Source of the DNA: Felis catus
Lineage: Eukaryota
Reading direction: 5' to 3'
Length of the DNA stretch: 64,000 nt
Assembly: GCF_018350175.1 (NCBI RefSeq)
Contig: NC_058383.1
Location: forward strand, 18,104,001-18,168,000
Positions 50,997 to 64,000 of the stretch are shown piece by piece. Each line of letters opens with the position of its first letter. The stretch's first letter is position 1. The position numbers and the translations under genes were made by a program. The notes under the pieces were generated by a model. It had not been told where the DNA came from. It worked only from the letters and a program-made list of their open reading frames with translations, and made no database searches.

Positions 50997-51779
50997 AACC
51001 TGTCTCTGACTCTGGATTGGATGAGTTGCTCTCACCAAGCCCTCTGTCCCCACCCCCAAGGAGTTTCTTCGTTGCCGGGTGTCAGTCCCAGCCTTGCTCT
51101 CTACCCAGCGTGGCTCTGGGGCGCTGGCTCCTCCCTCACCGGAGGCAGCACCAGTGGCTGCAGTCCAGACCCAGGGTGGGGCCGAAGCTCCAGTGACTGG
51201 AGAGCAGGTTCCAGGACTCCCAGGTCTCCGGGGAATACCCAATCTGGGCAGGCCCAGAATAGCCACTGGAGGTTTGAAGACGCCTGGGTTAGAAACCCAA
51301 ACAGTTACCAGACAGAAATGCTGCTCTCCCCCATCCACACCCCTTGCCTGCTGCTGAGACCCCCCGCCGAATACCTGCACACCCTCAAGGCCCTAAGAGG
51401 TGACGGCGGGTGGTGGAGTTGCAGAAAGGACGGGGGAAGTCAGCCCCGGGACTGGGAGCAGTGAGGGCGAGAAGAAAAACCGCACTGCTCCCCACCTGTC
51501 CCTTTCACCCTAGGCGTGGCCCATTCTGCGTTTGCGGGCTCCGCGGCCCCAGCCCCCTTCCTGTTCCAGACTGCCCCTGCAGCCTCTGCCCTGGAATTCC
51601 CTTCTGAGTCCTGCTCCAGGGGCCCTGGAGCCTTCCAGCGCCCATTTCTGCTGCTGCTTCCTCGAGGGTAGAGGGACTTCCTGTACTGCAGGCTCCCCTC
51701 TCTTAAAACCCCACCCTGTTCTTCCTGAGCAGCCTTCCTAAGTTTTGCCTCATCTCCCTTCCCCTCTTTCTGCTTGTTG

Positions 51780-52246
51780 GGGTGCCACCACCGGGTCCCG
51801 CCTGTCTCACAGGTCCCGTCTCCTCGCAGACCCCTCTCGGTTTCCCCCGGCCCCCTGACTCTGCCAGGACCCCCGGTGACCGTTGGCGGGAGGGGCCCGG
51901 GGCTTGGGAAGGGGGCACCCCCAGGAGGCGCGCGTGGGAAGGGGTAGGGAGGGGGCGCGAGTGGTTACCCGGCCGGTTGCCCGGGTAACGCGGGGCCTGG
52001 CACGCGTGGCTCCCTGGGGCTGGCCGGGAGGGGCGGGAGGCGAGCTAGGGGCGGGGGCGGTGCGCGGCGGCAGCGGAGCGTAGGGGAGGGGACCTGAGAG
52101 GAGCGAGAGGAGGGGACGAGCAGAGGGGAGGGGAGACCCGCCGCCTCCCTCCCTCGCTCGCTGACTCGCTCCCTCCCGGGCTGCGGCTGCTGCAACGGGG
52201 CGGCGGTGGCAGCAGCAGCGGGAGCAGTCTAGAAGCCGGCGTCGAG
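51780..52246 (+). promoter_or_regulatory. PRRT2: PRRT2 CpG-island promoter and non-coding exon 1
   Basis: X-box GTTGCCCGGGTAAC 51976-51989, EGR site GCGGGGGCG 52051-52059, GC boxes; donor GAG|GTGAGA 52246/52247; acceptor before 52939. Confidence 0.75.
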
Positions 52247-53002
52247 GTGAGACGGGGATGGACAGAGGCTGCGGGTAGGAGTGCGCGGACAGACGGCGGA
52301 CGCCGGGAGGGCTGCACCGGAATGCGGGCGCCTGGCGGACTGGCTGGTGGTGCTGGGCGCGCCACGCCGATGGGAGGAGGAGGCGCCGGTTCCCCGGGGG
52401 TTGAGGGAATCCCTGAGAGAGGGGCTGAGAAGGGGCTCAGAGGAAATGCCCAGGTCCCCCAGGGAGGGGCGGGGGCGTCTGCGCCCCAGACGCGCAGTGA
52501 GAAAACTGCACCGGCGGGGCACCCAGGGAGGAGGGGAGGATGCAGAGGGAGTGGAATGTGAGTATGGGTCCTCTGCCCAGTGTGCCTGTCTGCCTGTCGG
52601 AGTGTTACGAGCGTCTGCACAGCTTGTTGATTTCGGGGTGCTGGGGCATCTGCTAGGATCTGAGAGTCTGGCTCTTAACGGGTGGACCCAGGAAGAGACC
52701 ATGGGGAGGGTCCTGTTTTCAAAAGGGTTAATCTCCCCGGGGCTCTCCCAGCAGAAGACTTTGAGCAGAGCAGTCCTCCCCAGGGATGTCCCACCCTAAG
52801 GCAAAGGAAACCCCAACTTTTCTTCTTCTCCCCAGAGGCAGCCCAGGGCTGGCCCTAAGACAGGAGCATAGCCCTCTTGGGCTGCAGTGCCGAGAGCCAC
52901 CTCTTTCCTCACACCAAACCTGTCTCCTCCTCTTCCAGGATTGCTGCTGTCTCTGCTGCTCCATCCACTCCATTGAGGTCCTCTCCTCTCTCCCCTCTCA
53001 AG

Positions 53003-54614
<1,612 letters not shown>

Positions 54615-55695
54615 GGGGCTCTGCCCCGCATTCCAAGATTTTTCTTCCTGTTGGGAGCTGCCTTGGGCCCATCCTCCCCTGGGGGGAGCCCAATCGATGG
54701 CCCAGGCCCGCACCCATAGGGACCAAGGGAGCCTGAGCGGCCTTGTTTACAGCCAGCTTCTTTCCTGCTCCTGCATCCTGCCAGGCTCCTGTGCCAACCG
54801 TAGGCCTCTCTTCTTCCTGCACTGTTTCCAACCTCCCTGCACTTCTGCCTGCATCCCCTCCAGCCTCTTGGCCTCCCTATCCCTGCACTTCTGGAAACCT
54901 CCCTGCACTTCTGGAAATCTCCCTGAAGGTCTCACAAACTCTCTCTGCTCTCACCCTCCCTGCACTCCTCCCAACTTCCCGAATTCCCTGCACCTCAGCC
55001 CCAGTGTCCCCCTTTCAACTTTCACTGTCGTGGCATATTTCCCCATTCCTTTCTTCCTTCTCCCCGGTATCATCTCTCCTTCCCCTTTCACACCTTCTGC
55101 CCCCTTCCTGCCTCATCTCCCCTCAGCATTTCTTCCTCCCCTCAAGATCCTTTCCTCTTCCCTCTTGCCACCGTTTTCTCTGCAAAAACTCCAGCACGTA
55201 GGTCAGGCTGGGGGAGGGGAGCGGTATCAGGGGAGGGCTCCCCAGCCTGGGTTCCGACTATTTTCTGCTGGGCCCACCCAGGTCCTGACGCCCCCGGAGC
55301 GCCTCTGGGTCGCAGAGCTGGCAAGCCAGGCCTTGTCTGGGGACTTGTGCAGGGTGTCGTGCACTGTTGCTAGCTCTGTTCTGAACACGCACCTGCGAGG
55401 AGGAAGGGGCGTGGCTGTTGACCCTCTCCGGTCAGCCCGAGTTGACCTGCCCCACCTGGGCTTTTTAACCCGGTCAGCGAGTTTCTTAAAGGCGTCGGGA
55501 CTGGGGTCATTCACGTGCTTTGTAGCGAAAGAACCCCGAAATAGATCCAAAGCTCCCAGATGCAGGGAGCGATTGAGGGGCGGGAAGCTCTATAATTATT
55601 TTCCAAGAGGACGAGAGAGGTTTGTTGCACGCGACAGTCCGCTAGGGAGGCGGGGACCGAGCTATGACGATGTTTGGAGTTGGCGGGTTTTGTTT

Positions 55696-55734
<39 letters not shown>

Positions 55735-55827
55735 GTGGGGGAACACTAAAAGTCTTTAAAAAAAAAAAGATACATCAAACAGATTCTCCCTCTTTGTATG
55801 CCGGATGCTGCATGAGTCTGAAACACC

Positions 55828-55833
55828 AATAAA
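55828..55833 (+). terminator. PRRT2: PRRT2 poly(A) signal
   Basis: First AATAAA after the stop codon (~1.2 kb 3'UTR). Confidence 0.7.
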
Positions 55834-55899
55834 CGGAGACTGCATGAGACTCGCCTCTAAGCCTCAGTTGGTCCTTACGTCTGTCCGCCGCCGCCGGGG

Positions 55900-56539
55900 C
55901 CCGTGGCACTGCCCTCTTTCGGGCAGAACCTACTGGGTGGTGTGCGCATGCGACGACCCGGTGGCCATCTTTACTGTGGGCCGAAGCCAATTGTGCCCGA
56001 GCCTACCTGCGCATGTGCAATCCTCCCCTTGCTTTCCTTTTCCAAGTAGCTTTGGCTAGAGCGGAGCCTTCCGCGCCATCTCTGTGCGCCTGCGTACTGT
56101 GACCCTGCGCAGCCCGGGAGGCGGGTCTTAGCTCCAGGTGCGTACGGCGGCTGAAGTGGCGGAACTGCGAGGTGTGGGGAGAGGGCGTCGGATCCAGGTG
56201 TGGAGAGGGGCGGTGTGAAGGCGTAAAGAGCGGCTCCGCCCCTCTCTGGCCCAGAAAGTGGTTCCGGTGATCCCTGGGAATCTTGGAGTACCGGATCTGG
56301 ATCCGTGGGGCGGGGTCCTCGGAGGGGACTCAGCGCCCCCTCTTGGGAACCGGCGGTCTCGTCGCAGGGACCGTTGTTGGAGCCTGATTGGTTGCAGAGA
56401 CAATTCCTAAACTCCTGGGCAGCCCAATCCCTTGGGGGAGGGGGACGGGAGGCCCCCCCCTCCAGCGCCCCCTCCCCCCCCCCTCCGGCTTACTACTCCC
56501 GCATCCCCTATCATCGCAAGGCCCCTCCCCTAGTAGCCT
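55900..56539 (+). promoter_or_regulatory. PAGR1: PAGR1 housekeeping promoter / 5'UTR
   Basis: NRF1-type TGCGCATGCG 55943-55952 and TGCGCATGTGCA 56008-56019, YY1 GCCATCT ~55964 and ~56075, CCAAT 55987-55991; CpG island. Confidence 0.75.
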
Positions 56540-58607
<2,068 letters not shown>

Positions 58608-58812
58608 CTGCTGCTCCTTCCGCCACCTTTAGGATGCAGGGTGTACACGTCCTGGGACCTGGGCCCTCCTTCCCTAACCCAGGGCACTGGGGAAGAGGAC
58701 AGAGACTCCCAAGCTCCCAACACCGCACCTTGCCAGAAGGAGGACATGTGTGTATTTACGTTTTCTGGTGAACATCTCTTTGGAGAACCTGGGTTGACTT
58801 TTCTGAATCTGA

Positions 58813-58818
58813 AATAAA
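58813..58818 (+). terminator. PAGR1: PAGR1 poly(A) signal
   Basis: AATAAA about 205 nt after the stop. Confidence 0.7.
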
Positions 58819-58899
58819 AAACAACAAAGTTATCTTCTCTTAGGGGCTGGGCTGCAGCAGGAGCCCAAACAGTTGTGGGGTGGCAGAAACATATTCAGC

Positions 58900-59316
58900 C
58901 AGATTGGGAAATGAAAGTCACGTGGGGCAGAGGTGAACTCAGCACCTGCCCCTCTGACCCTTCCCGGTCTCATTCCAGCACTGCCAGCTGGCTCTGAGGT
59001 GGGACCTCAGCGAGAGAGCCAAGAGGCCGCAGTGCCTTCAGCTGCAGTAGAAGCCGCCCAGAGGAGGAAGAGAGAACCAGCTGCGAGGGCCCTTTAAATG
59101 GCCAGGCCCCACCCCTGAGTGCCTGCCCTGCCGGGAAGTGATCCCTAGGGCTGGGCCTGGGAGTTTCCCCCTCTGCGGGGTCTGGGGCAGGCAGCACTCC
59201 TTCTGGGTGTACTTCGTACAGGTCCCAAAGCCCCCAAACAGTTGGTGGGACCTTGTGTCCCTTAAGGCTCGCCTAGCCCCGTCCTGCCTTCTAAGGCCTT
59301 GCTTCTGCCGGGGCAG
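58900..59316 (+). promoter_or_regulatory. MVP: Probable MVP (major vault protein) promoter and non-coding exon 1; coding exons lie beyond the window
   Basis: Synteny (MVP follows PAGR1); ATTGG 58903, Ets-IRF GGAAATGAAA 58907-58916, E-box CACGTG 58919, GAS-like TGCCGGGAA 59129; GCCCTGCCGGGAAGTGATCCC matches my recollection of the MVP 5' region; strong donor CAG|GTAAGA 59316/59317. Confidence 0.6.
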
Positions 59317-60399
59317 GTAAGACATCTCTGAACCGGAGGAGGAAGAAGGTGGGTAGAGGCTTGGCCGTGGGAGGTTTTGCTTTCCTTGCTGGATTTTTTT
59401 TTTTTTGTCTTTTGAAGCAAACGTAGATCAACTTGTTCTCTTGCCAACACTCCTCCACCCCCCAAATCGAAGTCCTCGTGACTTCAGGCTCCCATATCAG
59501 AAGTTAGGGCAGAGGCAAGTTGGGTCCATTCGCACTCTCTCCTGGGTCCCTGGGTCCCTGCTGTAGGCCTCTGCCTCTTCCTCCTAAGGACTTCGGCTCT
59601 GGCCTGTCCTCTCTGAGCTTTTAGAATGTGATTCCCGCCTCCCACACACTGAGATCCTTCCATCTATGCCAAATGTTGAGGATTTCCCACAGCCTCACTT
59701 AAGGCTATGCTGACCGTGATCCTAGCAGGCCATTTGGGAGGTGGTTAGCAAAGCGATCTCAAGGTAGGCTTGACTTCTAGAAGGCTTGGGGGTTGCTGAG
59801 CAAGGCTCTCTCATTTTCTCTTTTGGCGGGGGGGTGGAAGGGTGGGGGCTGAAATCAAGAAACAGGAAACTCATTTGGACCCGCCAGCCTGTGATTATGG
59901 GGATCTTAGAGCTGGCTCGCTGGAGTGAAGTATGGGGGTGGGGGATGGTAACTGAGGCAGATGTCCCCTGTGTTGTCTGTTTCCCGCCTGGGTGGTCCCC
60001 TGGGTTGTGAGGGGGGAAAGCTGGCTGTTACATGGGGTGCAGTCAGGGGCCTCCCTAGAAACTTCTGCCTGTTTCTGCCCTTGGCAAACAGGGCACCCAG
60101 CCTGACCCCGGGTGAAGCTTTCTGGGTGAGGCAGCTCTCTGGAGCAGCCACCCTGAGTGGATGGCCCAGGGACAGCCTGAGGGCTCCAAGGTGACTCTGG
60201 CCTCCTTGTTGGATGGAGGTGTTCCCTCCCCCCCAACCCCCCTCCCCTTGCAGAAATTGCTCGGCTGTGAAGTGCCATTGACCCTGTCTCCCAGAGAATA
60301 ATCTGCCCCACCCGGGTCCTAAGTTCTTGTTCTGTGCTTCCTGGTTTGGGAGCTCTGCAGCAGCGATCCCAGGCTGAGTTCTGGCTCTGTCCTCTGACC

Positions 60400-63300
60400 A
60401 TTGCATGATCCTGAGTGATGTTGCTAACTAATCTAGTTTCTTGTGAGGATTAAATGAATGAATTAAAGGTCCTTAACACAATGCCTGGCACAGTTTAAGT
60501 TCCTAATAAGCGGGAGCTGTTATTTGGGGGACTCTTGCCAAAGACACACATTCTAGAGTCTCCTGGAAACTTTGGTGCGGTGGGGCTGGATGAGGCCTGG
60601 GAATCAGCATGAACAGGAGCAACACTCTCAGCTGGTTCCTGTGATGGAGCAAGTTTAGAAAACATTGATCTAGATCAGGGGTTCTGAAGCCTGGTTCCTG
60701 GGTCACTTCTCAACTGGACAACCTTCATCTTCACTGAGTGGCATTAATTGGCAGCATCCAGGATGTAGGGTGAAGATAGGGCAAGGAGCATCCTGAGCTG
60801 GCAGAACTGTTCTGTCCCCAGTGAGGCCACCAAGCTGCTCCTCCTCCCACAAGGTAGTTGAGCTGGAGCTCAGAGAACACTTTCCTAGGAAGAAAAGTTC
60901 CCAAAAAGCTGCTCTTAAACCTGATTGGTGGGAGACAAATTCTTGAATTTCCACTCTAGTCCCCCTATAGTAGGAAATAATCTCCCTAAACTGGGAAGCT
61001 GGTAAATAAACAGCCTCTGAGCAGTCCCTGAGTAATGTGACTCTTGCATTCTCCAAAGACTAGAATGTTTACACAGGGAAACGGCAACAATGAGCCCCTG
61101 TGTATGTTGAGCGTGCTGTACATTTCCCTAAACCTGAGCTTCATAGGGAGGATGGTGGCAGGCTGAGTCACCGACTTCCCCTCCAGCTTCAGGTCTGCTT
61201 GGGGGCTCCTTGGACCTGCCATGGACCAGGCTGAACGAAATGCCCTGCCCTTGAGCAGTCTGTAATCTGAGCTCATTTTATTCTCCCTCCTCCCGGCCAC
61301 CCTCTGAGCTCCTGTGCCCTAGAGCCATCCTGTAGTCACTAATCTCTTTAGGCCCAGGAAATAGTCCTTCCTTTCCATTTCTTGGTCTAGGAGACTAAGG
61401 CTCAGAGCTAGCAAGTGGCCCCAGATTGACAGAGCTCAATCTTTGCTGTGTATCAGGATCAGTGGGAGAGATTTTAAATCTAGCCATGCCTGTACCCCAC
61501 CTCAGGCCACTGAGGTCAGAATCCCCAGAGATCAGTGCTTTTTGAAGACCTCCAGGTGACTCTCAAGTACAGCCAGGACTGGGAGTGGCTGCTTGAGGCC
61601 GGAGTTGCTGGTACTCTAATATGTGCCCAAATCACGAGGGATCTGGTTAAAATGCCGGCTGATTCAGCAGCTCTTGAGTGGGGCCTGAGAAGCCCCCTTA
61701 CTAACAAGCTTCAGGTGATGCCGATGTCGCTCACTACAGACCAGTACACCATAAAGCTGGTCACTCAGACATCTGTTTGAATCACTGTGCCAGGCGCTCA
61801 CAGTTGAAGATCTCTGACAGGTAGTGATCAGAGAGGCTCATTGAGTTTTGCTGTAGTGTAAGTTTCCTTTTTGTAAGTTTCCTTTGGAGCCAAGACACTG
61901 GTCTATAGCTGCGTCTTAACTAGCGGATGAAGCAGCTTCTGCCTACAGGTTTTGTTCTCTGCCCTTCCACCCACTACCCACCCCCCTTCTTCGTGGGTGT
62001 GGTGCAGTGTCTGAGACTTTGGGCAACAGCTGACGGATTCCTGCAGGAAGCTCATGACATCTGGGGGAAGTGTGATCAGACCAAGCTGGGCATGTATGCA
62101 GAGAGCAGACTAGGGGGCAGATCCTGGAAGCAGGCCCCGAAGGGGAGGGGATGAGTGGATTTGGAGTGCCGGGGCCAGCCCCAAGGTCTAGGCAGGACCT
62201 TCCAAAGGCCAACATCATCCTTAACCATTGTTTTTTGAGGGACTTTATTGGAAAGACAATGTTCTGACTATCCATGTCATCGGGTACACCCCAAAAGTGT
62301 AAATCTGGGACTTGTCACAAATGAGCTGCCTGAGTCAAGTGGTTTCCCTGGCTCCCTGGAGAGGTCATATGTGGAGGCTTCTTTTTACAGATAGCAAGAG
62401 GATAAGAGCAAAGTCTGTTCTGAGGTGAACAGCAGGGGGTCTAGGTGGAAGGCACAGCTTTAGGGTATAGTAGCGGGCAGTCAGGGGGGATAAGACAGGG
62501 TCCCAGTACTGAAACAAGGGCTTGGCTTTGGAACAAGGCAGAAGCCCAGCCAGATCAGCTATAAGGATGATTCTCAGCTGAGTCACTGAGCTGGGTGAGG
62601 CTCTCAGCCCCCCTGACTGGGCCCAGCTGGGATGACAGATGGTGGAGAGGCCTCAGCCATAGGGAGTGGGGGATTGTCCAAAAAGGAGTCATCGGAGGCT
62701 GTTCCTGGGGCCTGCTTCCCAGCCCATGCATGGCCTTCTAGAGTTCAGATCTTCCCTAGGGGGTGCCTCACGGAGCCCTGTCTACACCTCCGCTTATAGC
62801 CCTAGCCCTTCCTCTCCCCCATCTGGCTTCCTGGCCAGGCTTCTACCCTGCAGAGAACCTGGCAAAGGCTTCACTTAGCCTTCAGATGCCCCTTCTTTGC
62901 TGCCATTCTAGCCCCACAGCTGGGGCGACACAAGACTTGCCAGCTTTCTGACCACTCAGCAAGGGGGGTTAAGGCCGGGTGGGTTAGGGGGTCTCTGGTA
63001 CTAGGCCACATCCCCTGATTAAGGGAGCTGGGCCTCAGGCTATTTCTGCCTCAGCAATAAGTAGCATAGTGCTTCTGAAGAGTCGGGCTCTGTTCCAAGT
63101 ACTTTATGATTACCTCAGTCCTCATAACTCGGGTAGATGCCCTATCCGTTCACAGTTTACAGGCCGGGAAACGGGTATAGGGAGGGCAATGGACTCGTCT
63201 GAAGTTAACCCATCCAGTAAGGGATGCAGGTACTTCCGGCTCCTGGGGGCTCTTCGGGGGCTTCTTCAGGAAGCCACTTTGGAAGCACAGCAGAGACTGG

Positions 63301-63980
63301 GCAGTAGGGAGGAAGGAAAGAGAAGGTCAAGATGAGAGTGGGGAGGAGAACAGATCAAGGAAAGCAGAAAGGCAGCCCCTGTATTTTCAAACACTGCCTG
63401 AAAACAACAGAAGAGGGAGCCCTGACGTTAGAAAAGCCACTCCTACAAGTCCCGGGGAGTTAACTTCACATAAACCAGAGCAACAAAAAAGTATCGAGGT
63501 CAAATCCCATACAAAGTTGCAAGATAGAGAGCAGAACATTCTTTTGATGCAGAAAGTGTACCAGGAAGACAGGTGAAAACTGTAACCTTTCAAAATGAGG
63601 TAAGATGTTAAGGAAACAGTACAAGGCAGGGAATCCGAACCGTAAGACCGGGCAGTCTGGCTGAATCTGTGCCCCTAACCACTGTCCCATGGCTGCCACC
63701 AGAGAAGGACAGGACCAAGCATTCCATGGGGATTCTCATCCCACTGATTTGCTGCGTGGCCTCTAATGATCCATAGTCCCTACCTGGGACTCAGCTACTT
63801 GGAGGTACACTGTAATGTGGGACCGACCAACCTTATTTGGCCACCTTGATGGAAATTTAATGTTTAGTTCCTCAGTTCCCCTGGTCACATTGCAAGTATT
63901 CAGTAGCCGCCTGTGACCAGTCCAAAGAATCCAGATTTAGAATATGTCCATCATTACAGAAGGTTCTACTAGATGATGCT
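60400..63980. mobile_element. Scattered ancient MIR, MER5-like (~60560-60670, ~61440-61740) and MER3-like (~63800-63980) remnants
   Basis: Degenerate motifs e.g. GTGAGGATTAAATGA..ATGCCTGGCACA, TAACAAGCT.CAGGTGATG, TCCATCATTACAGAAGGTTCT. Confidence 0.55.
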
Positions 63981-64000
63981 GAGTTAGAGACTTAAGCAGG

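Noticed and set aside
54697-55701. 334-aa ORF in the PRRT2 3'UTR
   Set aside because: Pyrimidine-rich low-complexity sequence depleted of stops; no domain recognised.
61857-61885. TGTAAGTTTCCTTT duplicated
   Set aside because: Small local intronic duplication with no further structure.

Overview
Mammalian genomic DNA from a felid: it carries dense carnivore tRNA-derived Can-SINEs, including young SINEC_Fc-type copies, and a carnivore L1. The gene order matches human 16p11.2, all on the + strand: ZG16 (CDS 16527-17877, 163 aa), KIF22 (14 exons, 30554-45053, 664 aa), MAZ (45918/46492-50040, partly in N gaps), PRRT2 (53003-54614, partly in a gap), PAGR1 (56540-58607, 254 aa), then the probable promoter and non-coding first exon of MVP (~58900-59316). 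The first ~40 kb is repeat-rich (L1, about 35-40 Can-SINEs, MLT2, Charlie1, MER20, MER58A, L2, MIR); the last ~24 kb is a compact CpG-island gene cluster with no Can-SINE that I can see. I found no CRISPR array, rRNA or genuine tRNA gene. Main observations: (1) an intact ZG16 whose jacalin sugar-binding motif reads STLIN instead of GSLID (natural D151N), whose basic patch is neutralised, and whose C-terminal CxxC is cut by TGA at Cys164; (2) a TSD-flanked L1 with 5'UTR, ORF1, endonuclease and 3'UTR but no RT, a candidate non-autonomous L1; (3) a perfect ISRE, a triple hairpin and a possible divergent promoter upstream of KIF22; (4) PRRT2 lacks the human C9 frameshift hotspot and has a longer 12-bp coding repeat. 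I cannot claim a wholly new biological system. All comparisons with human proteins and repeat consensuses are from memory and need checking by alignment.
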